Below, piece by piece: positions 1-9,451 of a DNA stretch of 64,000 nt (its first letter is position 1; the number at the start of each line of letters is the position of its first letter). A model generated the notes under the pieces. That model was not told where the DNA came from, did not search any database, and saw only the letters and a list, made by a program, of their open reading frames with translations. The position numbers and the translations under genes are program-made. Source of the stretch: Obrimoposthia wandeli (taxonomy: Eukaryota); NCBI GenBank assembly GCA_977020255.1, contig CDROCS010003649.1, positions 1-64,000 on the forward strand, written 5' to 3'.

Positions 1-255
1 TTCTTCCGATCGGCTAAACGATATAAGTCAAAATGATAAACATTCCAACTACACCATAAGGTCGCCGGGGCTTTTTAACATTCTCTTTGATGACCCAGAG
101 TGATTGTGCCAAAACCACGGTTAATGTTGTTTTACCTTGCACCTAAATCACCATGTAAAAAATGCACGTTGCACTATCACATACACTGCAAGGCTTGCAC
201 CAAAAGCAACGGTTTCACAGATTCATCTGTGGAAAACTTTTACTGTATTTGTCAT
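1..255 (-). pseudogene. tsaE: TsaE (YjeE) t6A biosynthesis ATPase, 5' part, multiply frameshifted; runs off the window edge
   Basis: The reverse complement gives TsaE peptides in changing frames: MTNTVKVF / TVAFGASLA / VCDSATCI / HGDLGA / GKTTLT / WNVYHFDLYRLAD (Walker A GDLGAGKT split by a +1 indel). Divergent from queG, near its usual position. True pseudogene versus read error is unresolved. Confidence 0.85.
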
Positions 256-462
256 CTAATTTAACTACCTTAAACATTAAAATAAACGTTATTTTTGAGC
301 AGTGCTAAATACTCAACTCACATTGAACAAGAAATGTATTTAACATGACGCATACTTATGCAAAAATTGGACAGGTATGTCGATTCTACAAATTGTCGAG
401 CCCAAAGAAAACCACAATATGATAAACTTTACCTCAATTTACTAATAGACAGATAATAAACC

Positions 463-1605
463 ATGCCTCCGATAGACTATCAACAACTTACGCAACAAAT
501 TAAAGCCTGGGGGGCAGAACTTGGTTTCCAACAAGTCGGGATCGCAGATACTGATTTATCCACTTACGAACCACATTTTCAAACTTGGTTAGATAATGGT
601 TATCATGCTGACATGGATTATATGTCACGTTATGGCACCATGCGAACACATCCAGAAGAACTCTACCCTGGCACTATTCGCGTTATTTCGGTACGTATGG
701 ATTATCTACCACCCGACGCATTAATGGCGACCACTTTAAAGCAAAAAGATAAAGGTTACATTAGCCGTTATGCGCTTGGTCGTGATTACCACAAAATTGT
801 GCGTAAACGTTTGAAAAAACTGGGTGATAAAATCAGTGAACATTGTGAAACCCTCGATGCTCGGCCTTTTGTTGATACAGGCCCTTTACTTGAACGCCCA
901 CTCGCTGAAAAAGCTGGGTTAGGTTGGACTGGGAAGCATTCATTAATTTTAAACAAGGAGGCGGGTTCATGGTTCTTCCTTGGCGAAATTTTAATAAACC
1001 TACCACTACCTATTGATAAACCTATTGAAAATCAATGTGGAAAATGTACAGCGTGTTTACAAATTTGTCCAACACAAGCCATTGTCGCACCTTATAGTGT
1101 CGATGCTAACCGCTGCATATCTTACCTCACCATTGAGTTGTTTGGCGCGATACCAGAGCAATATAGAAGTTTAATTGGCAATCGTATCTACGGTTGTGAT
1201 GATTGCCAGTTAATCTGTCCGTGGAATCGTTTTGCCGCCATTACTGACGAGCAGGACTTCCACCCAAGATCAAACTTACACTCACCCGACTTATTAGCGC
1301 TTTATGCATGGGATGAAACTTACTTCCTTAAACAAACGGAAGGTTCACCGATCCGCCGTATTGGTCATGAACGCTGGTTACGCAATATTTCCGTCGCACT
1401 GGGGAACGCAGCACATTCAGCGGACATTGTTGAAGCTTTAACAACCAAGTTTGCAGACACGACAGAGATGGTGCAAGAGCATATCACCTGGGCACTGCAG
1501 CAACAGCAAGCCAAAGCAGACAATATCATCCCTGTATTGCAGATAGACAAGACCAAAGACAAGCTCATTAGAATGGTCGAAAAAGCACTACCACGCGATG
1601 CTTAA
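463..1605 (+). CDS. queG: Epoxyqueuosine reductase
   Basis: SRYALGRDYH, RPFVDTGP, Fe-S motifs CGKCTACLQICP and YGCDDCQLICPWN; next to tsaE and tRNA-Gly as in enterobacteria. Confidence 0.95.
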   Translation: MPPIDYQQLTQQIKAWGAELGFQQVGIADTDLSTYEPHFQTWLDNGYHADMDYMSRYGTMRTHPEELYPGTIRVISVRMDYLPPDALMATTLKQKDKGYISRYALGRDYHKIVRKRLKKLGDKISEHCETLDARPFVDTGPLLERPLAEKAGLGWTGKHSLILNKEAGSWFFLGEILINLPLPIDKPIENQCGKCTACLQICPTQAIVAPYSVDANRCISYLTIELFGAIPEQYRSLIGNRIYGCDDCQLICPWNRFAAITDEQDFHPRSNLHSPDLLALYAWDETYFLKQTEGSPIRRIGHERWLRNISVALGNAAHSADIVEALTTKFADTTEMVQEHITWALQQQQAKADNIIPVLQIDKTKDKLIRMVEKALPRDA

Positions 1606-1642
1606 GCTATTAGAAAACTATTGATAAAAAGTAATCAGTCAT

Positions 1643-1682
1643 AAAAAAAACGCGTACAGGATAGACCTATACGCGCTTTTTT
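1643..1682. terminator. Bidirectional intrinsic terminator between queG and the antiporter
   Basis: A-run, CGCGTA...TACGCG stem, T-run between convergent genes. Confidence 0.75.
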
Positions 1683-1723
1683 CCGTCTATTTTCCTGTCA
1701 CTTACAAGCCCAAAAACTAATGG

Positions 1724-3070
1724 CTATTTATCCGTTTTATCAACAGAGTCACTGCTTTGCGTTGATACACTTTCAGCCTCAGTTTTCTTTACGAGTTGCT
1801 CAGCTTCCCACGCTTTAGCCTTATGAATCAAGCCAGTGATCGTTGAGCCTTGTACCAAAATAGAGAACACCACGACTGAATAAGTCATCACCAAGATAAT
1901 TTCTCGTACATCGATACTTTTATCTGGAATAACGTATACGCCCGCCGGAATTGCCAGTGCCATAGCCAGTGCTAAACCACCACGTAATCCACCCCAAGTC
2001 AGGATAGTCACAGATAGTGGGTTATAACTGCGGAAACGGTTAAAGAATAAGTAAGAGAATTTCACACTTAAATAACGCGCTACCAATACCAATGGGATCG
2101 CAAACACCATTAAGATCCAATCTTCTTTATGGAAGCTAAACAACAACATAGCCATACCAATCAGTAAGAATAGAATACCATTAAGGAATTCATCCACTAG
2201 TTCCCAGAAGTGGTCCAGATGGTACTCACTTTCTGGTGAGAAACCTTTTTGACGAGTCCAGTTACCAATCATGATACCCGCAACCACCATCGCCAATGGA
2301 CCTGATACATCAATAATGTCAGCAAACACATAACCCGCGGTAGGAATAGCTATCGTCAACAACAGTTCCATCGAGTGGTCGTTCGTCGAACTGATTAAAT
2401 AATGGAAGACTAAACCAAGTGCCAGACCATAAATGATGCCACCAATCGCTTCATGCAAGAATAGCTGAGTAACACTGCTGACAGTCGGCGTTTCAGTACC
2501 AAAAGCCACGGTAAACAGCGTCATAAAGATCACTAGACCAAAACCATCATTAAATAATGATTCACCTTCAATCTGTGTTGAAATACGTTGTGGCGCATCC
2601 AAGTTTTTCACAATCGCCAGCACCGCGATCGGATCCGTAGGCGAAATAAGCGCACCGAATAATAAGCAATAGATGAAGTCTAATGGAATACCTATAAGTT
2701 GACAGAATCCCCATAACACGCCACCAATAAAGCCCGTTGAGAATAAAGTCGCGACTAGCGCTAATACAGTGATTTCCCATTTTTGGTCTTTCATGTGCCC
2801 GAGCTTAATGCCGAGCCCGCCAGCAAATAATAAGAAACCTAAGATGCCTTTTAATAAAAAGCTTTCGAAGTTGATATTATTTAATTGCTCTGCGGCGATT
2901 GCTTCTAAATGAAACCAGCCGCTTTGACCCGCAATCACAATACCTAAAGACAGTATTATTGATCCCGCAGTGATCGCAATAGTAGTTTGCATTTTGCCAA
3001 TTTTGCTATTAATAAACGCAATAAAAATAGCTATTGCTGCGAGAAAACACAAGGTACTGTACACCGACAT
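1724..3070 (-). CDS. Na+/H+ antiporter, CPA1/NhaP family
   Basis: About 12 hydrophobic helices; motifs ISPTDPIAV, GESLFNDG, WGGLRGGLALA. Confidence 0.9.
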   Translation of the reverse strand: MSVYSTLCFLAAIAIFIAFINSKIGKMQTTIAITAGSIILSLGIVIAGQSGWFHLEAIAAEQLNNINFESFLLKGILGFLLFAGGLGIKLGHMKDQKWEITVLALVATLFSTGFIGGVLWGFCQLIGIPLDFIYCLLFGALISPTDPIAVLAIVKNLDAPQRISTQIEGESLFNDGFGLVIFMTLFTVAFGTETPTVSSVTQLFLHEAIGGIIYGLALGLVFHYLISSTNDHSMELLLTIAIPTAGYVFADIIDVSGPLAMVVAGIMIGNWTRQKGFSPESEYHLDHFWELVDEFLNGILFLLIGMAMLLFSFHKEDWILMVFAIPLVLVARYLSVKFSYLFFNRFRSYNPLSVTILTWGGLRGGLALAMALAIPAGVYVIPDKSIDVREIILVMTYSVVVFSILVQGSTITGLIHKAKAWEAEQLVKKTEAESVSTQSSDSVDKTDK

Positions 3071-3403
3071 GCTACACCTCTGATTGAAGTAGATTTGATT
3101 AGATTAAACTGAAGATTATTTTTATGAGCTACACAATGTTCTTGTTAAGGTTAAAAATCAAGTTCTTTCAGCAATATGGCTAGCAACTAACAATGAATAG
3201 AGTATTTAACCCAAACAACACCTAAAAACTACCTACTATTATATAGTTACGTTTAACAACAAAATACTTAGTTAAAAGCCTGTCGTTCTATCTCCAATCA
3301 CCATTTAATATAAGAAAGGTAAAAATAGGTATGCCGATTTTTGCATAAATAAAAACTATTATAAAAAGAATAAGGATAGCAAATTAGTGCGGAGAAAGGA
3401 TTT

Positions 3404-3471
3404 TACCGAAACCACGAATTGAGGATCATCTTGCCGCTATTGAGCAAGACTTACATTACGCCGTTTCGGTA
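3404..3471. repeat. 68-bp palindromic element (9-bp outer inverted repeat, 6-bp inner hairpin)
   Basis: TACCGAAAC (3404-3412) / GTTTCGGTA (3463-3471) enclose TCTTGC-N9-GCAAGA (3429-3449). Confidence 0.55.
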
Positions 3472-3486
3472 TATCAAAATCGAGGA

Positions 3487-3978
3487 TTAACGTTTTTTCG
3501 GTACCCAAGCCCAAATGAATTCAGCCTTAATAGGTTGATTACCTTCGCTGTCAGTGATGATCACTGGTACTGATATATCACCTTTTTCGGTATTACGAAT
3601 ATGGTTAATCTGTTCATCAGTTAATGTCGCTACCGCCGTTAAATCACCCGCAGCACGACGAACATAATCAATGTTCATATTTTTTAATAAGGGAATACGG
3701 TTATCAGGTACGTGCATGCCAATCAAGAAACCTGTAGCAGACTCGCCTAGTAATGCCATTGCTGCAGCATGTACACCACCGATGTGGTTTTGTACTCGCT
3801 TACGATTTTTCAAGCTAAGTTTAGAACCAGAGAAATCTAGCTTTTCGACGCGTACTTTTGAGGTGCCGGCAAATTTAATCACTTTACCAAACACTAAAGA
3901 CAGTGCTGGTGCATGACACCCCTTTGGCAGCAGCGTGACTTTCTTCACTATTTTACTGAGTTTATTATCCGCTTTCAT
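3487..3978 (-). CDS. Hotdog-fold thioesterase-like protein (PaaI/DUF4442 type)
   Basis: NRKRVQNHIGGVHAAAMALLGES motif; start moved from 4008 to ATG 3978 behind an AGGG Shine-Dalgarno. Confidence 0.8.
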   Translation of the reverse strand: MKADNKLSKIVKKVTLLPKGCHAPALSLVFGKVIKFAGTSKVRVEKLDFSGSKLSLKNRKRVQNHIGGVHAAAMALLGESATGFLIGMHVPDNRIPLLKNMNIDYVRRAAGDLTAVATLTDEQINHIRNTEKGDISVPVIITDSEGNQPIKAEFIWAWVPKKR

Positions 3979-4129
3979 GTCAATCCCTGAGATTATAATA
4001 GATTCCAAAACAATTACTTAGCTTGTATTAATATACCCGTAAGCAATAAGTGATTAAGCACTATAGCATTTAATAAATAAGTGCAATTGGTCTAAATGAC
4101 ATGGGATAAAAATTAACGATAATAAATAG

Positions 4130-4169
4130 GTAGATTTGTAGATTTGTAGATTTGTAGATTTGTAGATTT
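4130..4169 (+). repeat. Tandem repeat (GTAGATTT)x5
   Basis: Five perfect 8-mers read directly. Confidence 0.97.
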
Positions 4170-4229
4170 TAAAATAATAGGAATAGTAAATAAAGATAAA
4201 TAGTAGGAAGGTATTATAAGAAAGGAAAT

Positions 4230-4305
4230 TGGAGCGGTACAAGAGGCTCGAACTCTTGACCTCAACCTTGGCAAGGTTGCGCTCTACCAACTGAGCTAGT
4301 ACCGC
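4230..4305 (-). tRNA. tRNA-Gly(GCC), copy 9 in transcription order
   Basis: GCGGTACTAGCTCAGTTGGTAGAGCGCAACCTTGCCAAGGTTGAGGTCAAGAGTTCGAGCCTCTTGTACCGCTCCA: full cloverleaf, GCC anticodon, U73, encoded CCA. Confidence 0.99.
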
Positions 4306-4379
4306 TTAATTTTGTGTTCTCGTCTTGAAACAGGGTTTCACAACTTATCTCTATTTATCATTGGTGTGATAAGAGAGAT

Positions 4380-4455
4380 TGGAGCGGTACAAGAGGCTCG
4401 AACTCTTGACCTCAACCTTGGCAAGGTTGCGCTCTACCAACTGAGCTAGTACCGC
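4380..4455 (-). tRNA. tRNA-Gly(GCC), copy 8
   Basis: Identical 76-nt sequence. Confidence 0.99.
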
Positions 4456-4515
4456 ATCACTGTGATTTATAGTTTCTCAACTTATCTATCTAATCATTGG
4501 TGTGAAAAGAAAGAT

Positions 4516-4591
4516 TGGAGCGGTACAAGAGGCTCGAACTCTTGACCTCAACCTTGGCAAGGTTGCGCTCTACCAACTGAGCTAGTACCGC
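4516..4591 (-). tRNA. tRNA-Gly(GCC), copy 7
   Basis: Identical 76-nt sequence. Confidence 0.99.
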
Positions 4592-4662
4592 ATCACTGTG
4601 ATTTAAAGTTTCTCAACTATCCGACTCACTCAAATGAATTAACATTCAAATCAATCTGAATT

Positions 4663-4738
4663 TGGAGCGGTACAAGAGGCTCGAACTCTTGACCTCAACC
4701 TTGGCAAGGTTGCGCTCTACCAACTGAGCTAGTACCGC
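4663..4738 (-). tRNA. tRNA-Gly(GCC), copy 6
   Basis: Identical 76-nt sequence. Confidence 0.99.
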
Positions 4739-4797
4739 TTCATTTTGATTTAGAGTTTCTCAACTTAACCTTCTAATCATGGTATGAAAAGAAAGAT

Positions 4798-4873
4798 TGG
4801 AGCGGTACAAGAGGCTCGAACTCTTGACCTCAACCTTGGCAAGGTTGCGCTCTACCAACTGAGCTAGTACCGC
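4798..4873 (-). tRNA. tRNA-Gly(GCC), copy 5
   Basis: Identical 76-nt sequence. Confidence 0.99.
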
Positions 4874-4932
4874 ATCACTGTGATTTATAGTTTCTCAACT
4901 TATCTCTATCATCATGGTGTGATAAGAGAGAT

Positions 4933-5008
4933 TGGAGCGGTACAAGAGGCTCGAACTCTTGACCTCAACCTTGGCAAGGTTGCGCTCTACCAACTGAGCT
5001 AGTACCGC
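4933..5008 (-). tRNA. tRNA-Gly(GCC), copy 4
   Basis: Identical 76-nt sequence. Confidence 0.99.
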
Positions 5009-5079
5009 TTCATTTTGATTTAAAGTTTCTCAACTATTCGATTCACTCAAATGAATTAACATTCAAATCAATCTGAATT

Positions 5080-5155
5080 TGGAGCGGTACAAGAGGCTCG
5101 AACTCTTGACCTCAACCTTGGCAAGGTTGCGCTCTACCAACTGAGCTAGTACCGC
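5080..5155 (-). tRNA. tRNA-Gly(GCC), copy 3
   Basis: Identical 76-nt sequence. Confidence 0.99.
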
Positions 5156-5226
5156 TTCATTTTGATTTAAAGTTTCTCAACTATTCGATTCACTCAAATG
5201 AATTAACATTCAAATCAATCTGAATT

Positions 5227-5302
5227 TGGAGCGGTACAAGAGGCTCGAACTCTTGACCTCAACCTTGGCAAGGTTGCGCTCTACCAACTGAGCTAGTACC
5301 GC
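5227..5302 (-). tRNA. tRNA-Gly(GCC), copy 2
   Basis: Identical 76-nt sequence. Confidence 0.99.
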
Positions 5303-5335
5303 ATTAATTTTCTACTTGGTATTAAAATATAAGAT

Positions 5336-5411
5336 TGGAGCGGTACAAGAGGCTCGAACTCTTGACCTCAACCTTGGCAAGGTTGCGCTCTACCAACTGA
5401 GCTAGTACCGC
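5336..5411 (-). tRNA. tRNA-Gly(GCC), copy 1 (promoter-proximal)
   Basis: Identical 76-nt sequence. Confidence 0.99.
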
Positions 5412-5422
5412 ATATCATCTTA

Positions 5423-5458
5423 GGTGCCGAATTATATAGAACCGACTGGTTTTTGCAA
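5423..5458 (-). promoter_or_regulatory. Stable-RNA-type sigma70 promoter of the tRNA-Gly operon
   Basis: TTGCAA (5458-5453), 16-bp spacer, TATAAT (5436-5431), then GC-rich discriminator TCGGCACC. Confidence 0.85.
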
Positions 5459-5550
5459 GCATAGAGCTAGGCTTTATTATAAAAAAGCCTTATATTGCTG
5501 AATGTTTGGACTATAAGGTTGTTAAATTATCCAACCAGCCGATTGACTGC

Positions 5551-6117
5551 TTAAATTTTAAACATATGTTGGCGATAATGCTGTAATTCGCCAATTGATT
5601 CACGAATATCATCCAGTGCTAAATGCAAACCTTGCTTATGAAAACTCGCAACAACCTCAGGACACCAACGACGACCTAACTCTTTAATCGTGCTCACATC
5701 AACATTACGGTAGTGGAAATAACCATCTAATTCCGCCATATACTTAACCAAAAAGCGACGGTCTTGGCCTATGCTGTTACCACATAATGGTGATTTCCCA
5801 GCCGGTACCCATTGACGCAAAAATGCCAGTGTTTGCTCTACAGCTTGTTGTTCTGTCACGTTACTTGCTAATACACGCTCAACAAGACCTGAATTGGTAT
5901 GGTGGGTAGTGCACCATTCATCCATCTTATCAAGTTCGGCTTTATCCTGGTGAATCGCTAATACAGGTCCTTCTGCAAGAATATTTAATTCACTATCAGT
6001 GACGATAGTGGCAATTTCAATGATCAAACATTTTTCTGGATCAAGACCTGTCATTTCTAAGTCAATCCAAACTAAATTATTTTCATTAAATTGCGCGGTA
6101 TTGTCGGCAAGTTGCAT
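5551..6117 (-). CDS. orn: Oligoribonuclease
   Basis: [16 protein letters not shown] DEDDh exonuclease motifs, [10 protein letters not shown]; synteny with rsgA. Confidence 0.97.
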   Translation of the reverse strand: MQLADNTAQFNENNLVWIDLEMTGLDPEKCLIIEIATIVTDSELNILAEGPVLAIHQDKAELDKMDEWCTTHHTNSGLVERVLASNVTEQQAVEQTLAFLRQWVPAGKSPLCGNSIGQDRRFLVKYMAELDGYFHYRNVDVSTIKELGRRWCPEVVASFHKQGLHLALDDIRESIGELQHYRQHMFKI

Positions 6118-6247
6118 AGAGGAGATCCTAATAGTTGTCGTGTAATAGTATGTTTAAGGTTATTATACCTCATCGACCTCGAAATGCGATGTTCAGCAAC
6201 AGCTGTACTACAATACGTGTTGTTACAACTCAGGAATTAAATTACCC

Positions 6248-7288
6248 GTGGCTAAAAAGAAACACCTAACCCAAGGTCAAATACGTCGTGTACGTAGCAA
6301 CCAGACTAAACGTCTAGAAAAGCCAGATACAAAAGAATGGGATGACTCTCTTCTCGGCAAAAAGCAAGAAGGTGTGGTCATTAGCCGCTTTGGTCAACAT
6401 GCAGATGTAGAAGCTGAGGATGGTATCATTCACCGTTGTAATCTACGTCGTTCTATTGCGAGCTTAGTAACAGGTGACCGTGTTGTTTGGCGCTTAGGTA
6501 ATGAACAGCTACAAGGTATTTCTGGTATTATCGAAGCAGTACACGAACGCAGAACCGTGTTAACGCGTCCTGATTTCTACGATGGTATTAAACCGATTGC
6601 AGCCAATATTGATCAAATTGTGATCGTATCCTCTGTCGTACCAGAATTCTCAACTAATATTATCGACCGTTATATTGTCGCTGCCGAAGATGTAAAAATT
6701 CGCCCCGTGATCTTATTAAATAAAATTGATTTATTAAGCCAAGATGAATTGTTTACCATTAACCGACAATTACAAACTTACCGTGATATCGGCTATGAAG
6801 TATGGCAAGTATCCTCTCTCGAAGGTAAGGGCTTATCTGAGTTACAACATCTATTGAAAGATAATACCACCATCTTTGTTGGTCAATCAGGTGTTGGTAA
6901 ATCATCACTAGTTAATGCATTGATGCCTGAACTAGATGTTGAAGTAGGTGATGTATCAGAAAAATCAGGTCTTGGTACGCATACAACGACGACTGCACGT
7001 TTATATCATTTCCCATCAGGTGGTGATTTAATTGATTCCCCAGGAGTACGTGAATTCTCGCTCTGGCACATGAAAGCAGAAGAGATCGCTAACGGCTTTA
7101 TCGAGTTCCGTGATTTCTTAGGTGAATGTCGTTTCCGCGATTGTAAGCATAAAAACGATCCAGGTTGTGCACTGCAAGATGCGATAAAACAAGGCAAAAT
7201 TAAAAAAGTACGCTTTGACAACTACCTACGTATATTAGAAACCATGTTAGATAACCGTCCGACTCGTCATATACCAGTGCGTAAATAA
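6248..7288 (+). CDS. rsgA: Small ribosomal subunit biogenesis GTPase
   Basis: Circularly permuted GTPase (NKID...GQSGVGKSS...DSPG) and Zn finger [14 protein letters not shown]; GTG start. Confidence 0.97.
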   Translation: MAKKKHLTQGQIRRVRSNQTKRLEKPDTKEWDDSLLGKKQEGVVISRFGQHADVEAEDGIIHRCNLRRSIASLVTGDRVVWRLGNEQLQGISGIIEAVHERRTVLTRPDFYDGIKPIAANIDQIVIVSSVVPEFSTNIIDRYIVAAEDVKIRPVILLNKIDLLSQDELFTINRQLQTYRDIGYEVWQVSSLEGKGLSELQHLLKDNTTIFVGQSGVGKSSLVNALMPELDVEVGDVSEKSGLGTHTTTTARLYHFPSGGDLIDSPGVREFSLWHMKAEEIANGFIEFRDFLGECRFRDCKHKNDPGCALQDAIKQGKIKKVRFDNYLRILETMLDNRPTRHIPVRK

Positions 7289-7316
7289 CGTCTCCTCGTA
7301 TTAACTATTATGATAT

Positions 7317-7350
7317 TTGTTACCTTGTTACTATAAAAACAAGGTAACAA
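7317..7350. terminator. 13-bp inverted repeat downstream of rsgA (probable terminator)
   Basis: TTGTTACCTTGTT...AACAAGGTAACAA. Confidence 0.55.
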
Positions 7351-7465
7351 TTAACAGCTTAAACTCATCACGCTAATTATGACAACAGCTAATTCTGACA
7401 ACAATAGTCAAAGTTGTTACAATAGCGTTAATTCTACCTTATTCAATTATTTAAGAGGCTCTCAG

Positions 7466-8326
7466 GTGCTAGACAAGATTAAAGTTATTGCCCAATACTG
7501 CTTTCCTCAACACGGTTTATCTCGTCTTATTGGTTTATTCGCAGCCGGCGCGCACGGTAAAGTAACCACAAATGTAATCACTTGGTTTATCAAGCGTTAC
7601 AACGTGAACATGGATGAAGCAAAACATTCAGACCCTGCACACTTTCAAACATTCAACGACTTCTTTACCCGTGAATTAAAAGAAGGCGTACGCCCAATCA
7701 ATGCTGACGACAACATGTTATGTCAACCAGTAGACGGCGCAGTAAGCCAAGCAGGTCCAATTACGCAAGGTCGTATTGTTCAAGCTAAAGGTCATGACTA
7801 CAGCGTTTGTGAATTATTAGGTGGCGATCGTCAACTAGCGAACAAATTTGAAGACGGTGACTTCGCGACTGTTTATCTGTCGCCACGTGATTACCACCGT
7901 ATTCACATGCCAATTACTGGTACGTTAAAAGAAATGATTTTTGCACCAGGTGATTTATTTTCAGTTAATCCACTGACGGCGCAAAATGTACCTAACCTAT
8001 TTGCTCGTAACGAACGTGCTATCGCTATCTTTGATACCGAAGTAGGCCCGTTTGCGATGGTATTAGTTGGCGCTACAATCGTTGCTTCAATTGAGACAAT
8101 TTGGCATGGCACAGTAGCACCATCGAAAAATAAAGAAATCGTACGCTGGACGTATGAAAACCAAGCGCCAATCGTTATCGAAAAAGGCGCCGAAATGGGT
8201 CGCTTTAAACTTGGTTCAACTATCGTTGCCGTGTTTGCTAAAGACGCGATTGAGTTTGTTGATGAACTACAACCAACAGCACCAACGCTAATGGGCGAAG
8301 CCTTCGCTCGTATTAAAGCTAAATAA
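7466..8326 (+). CDS. psd: Phosphatidylserine decarboxylase proenzyme
   Basis: [25 protein letters not shown] autocleavage motif; start moved to GTG 7466 behind AAGAGG (ORF track 7379). Confidence 0.95.
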   Translation: MLDKIKVIAQYCFPQHGLSRLIGLFAAGAHGKVTTNVITWFIKRYNVNMDEAKHSDPAHFQTFNDFFTRELKEGVRPINADDNMLCQPVDGAVSQAGPITQGRIVQAKGHDYSVCELLGGDRQLANKFEDGDFATVYLSPRDYHRIHMPITGTLKEMIFAPGDLFSVNPLTAQNVPNLFARNERAIAIFDTEVGPFAMVLVGATIVASIETIWHGTVAPSKNKEIVRWTYENQAPIVIEKGAEMGRFKLGSTIVAVFAKDAIEFVDELQPTAPTLMGEAFARIKAK

Positions 8327-8522
8327 GCGAGTCTATTTGCTCGATTAACCCGTTATACAACATGCTATAACGGGTTATATTCACAACTCTACTAACGTAC
8401 TACAATTAATGCCCCTATAACCAAAACACCTATATACCTATATCGACAACAATATCGACAACAAAACCATTACTCATAATGCCAATTGATCTGGCGACCG
8501 ATTGCAAGGATGTAAGCAATTA

Positions 8523-9380
8523 ATGGAACAACGTAAACAAGGCCTTTGGGCACTCCACTCTGCGACGCTATTACTTGGCGGCACCACCTTATTTTCCAAA
8601 CTAATTGCATTAAGCGCACTTGATATCACCATTATTCGTTGTGTGGTCGCGGCGACTGTCCTGTGTTTATTATTAAAAGTGACCAAGCAGCCACTACGAT
8701 TAAATAAATTGGCTGACTATGGTTGGGCGCTATTATTAGCAACATTAGTAGGCGCGCATTGGGTGACCTTCTTTCTAGGCATGCAACTTTCGACTATTGC
8801 GATAGGCTTAATCGCTTTCTATACTTACCCTGTAATGACTGTGTTTTTAGAACCCCTATTTAATAAAGAAAAGATTCAATCTCGAGATATTATTTCAGCA
8901 TGTGTGGTGTTAGTCGGCATTAGTTTGTTAGTGCCTGAACTGTCGTTAGAGAATGAAGTAACGTTAGGGATTATCAGCGGTATTAGCTCTGCATTTCTGT
9001 TTACTTTAAGGAATATTCTCTACAAACGTAAGCTCTCGCATTACAGTGGTCCCCACACAATGTTTTATCAAACATTATTAACCGCGTGTATGCTTTCCCC
9101 ATTTTTGGGTGTAGAATTAGCGAGTATAAATAATGACAACTGGACGTTATTAGTTGTGCTAGGAATTTGCTTCACTGCAATGCCACACACATTATTAGTA
9201 ACAGCATTACGTTACCTAAAAGCCAAAACAGTGGGGCTTATCTCCTGTTTACAGCCTCTTTATGGTAGTTTGCTCGCGATCCCTTTTTTAGGTGAGATAC
9301 CGAATATTGCCACCATCACAGGTGGTACGCTAGTCGTATCAGCCGCCCTTTTTGAAACATGGAATGCAGGAAAAAAATAG
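8523..9380 (+). CDS. DMT/EamA-family transporter
   Basis: Ten hydrophobic segments in two EamA-like repeats; start 8523 preferred, 8502 possible. Confidence 0.85.
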   Translation: MEQRKQGLWALHSATLLLGGTTLFSKLIALSALDITIIRCVVAATVLCLLLKVTKQPLRLNKLADYGWALLLATLVGAHWVTFFLGMQLSTIAIGLIAFYTYPVMTVFLEPLFNKEKIQSRDIISACVVLVGISLLVPELSLENEVTLGIISGISSAFLFTLRNILYKRKLSHYSGPHTMFYQTLLTACMLSPFLGVELASINNDNWTLLVVLGICFTAMPHTLLVTALRYLKAKTVGLISCLQPLYGSLLAIPFLGEIPNIATITGGTLVVSAALFETWNAGKK

Positions 9381-9451
9381 GTCCAAATAACGCAATTTGA
9401 CTACGGATAGCTTTAAATCAATCGCGTTATCAATGGCACTTATGAAATATT

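Noticed and set aside
4130-4169. GTAGAT resemblance to the Cas12a repeat end
   Set aside because: Only a 6-nt match in a spacerless tandem repeat.
4054-4290. 78-aa ORF on the minus strand
   Set aside because: It starts inside a tRNA gene and runs through the VNTR and low-complexity trailer; no Shine-Dalgarno and no protein-like composition.
4230-5411. CRISPR array interpretation of the repeat-spacer pattern
   Set aside because: The 76-nt repeats are complete tRNA-Gly cloverleaves, the spacers are related to each other, and there are no cas genes.
7379-7465. N-terminal extension of psd in the ORF track
   Set aside because: Psd similarity and a Shine-Dalgarno point to GTG 7466.
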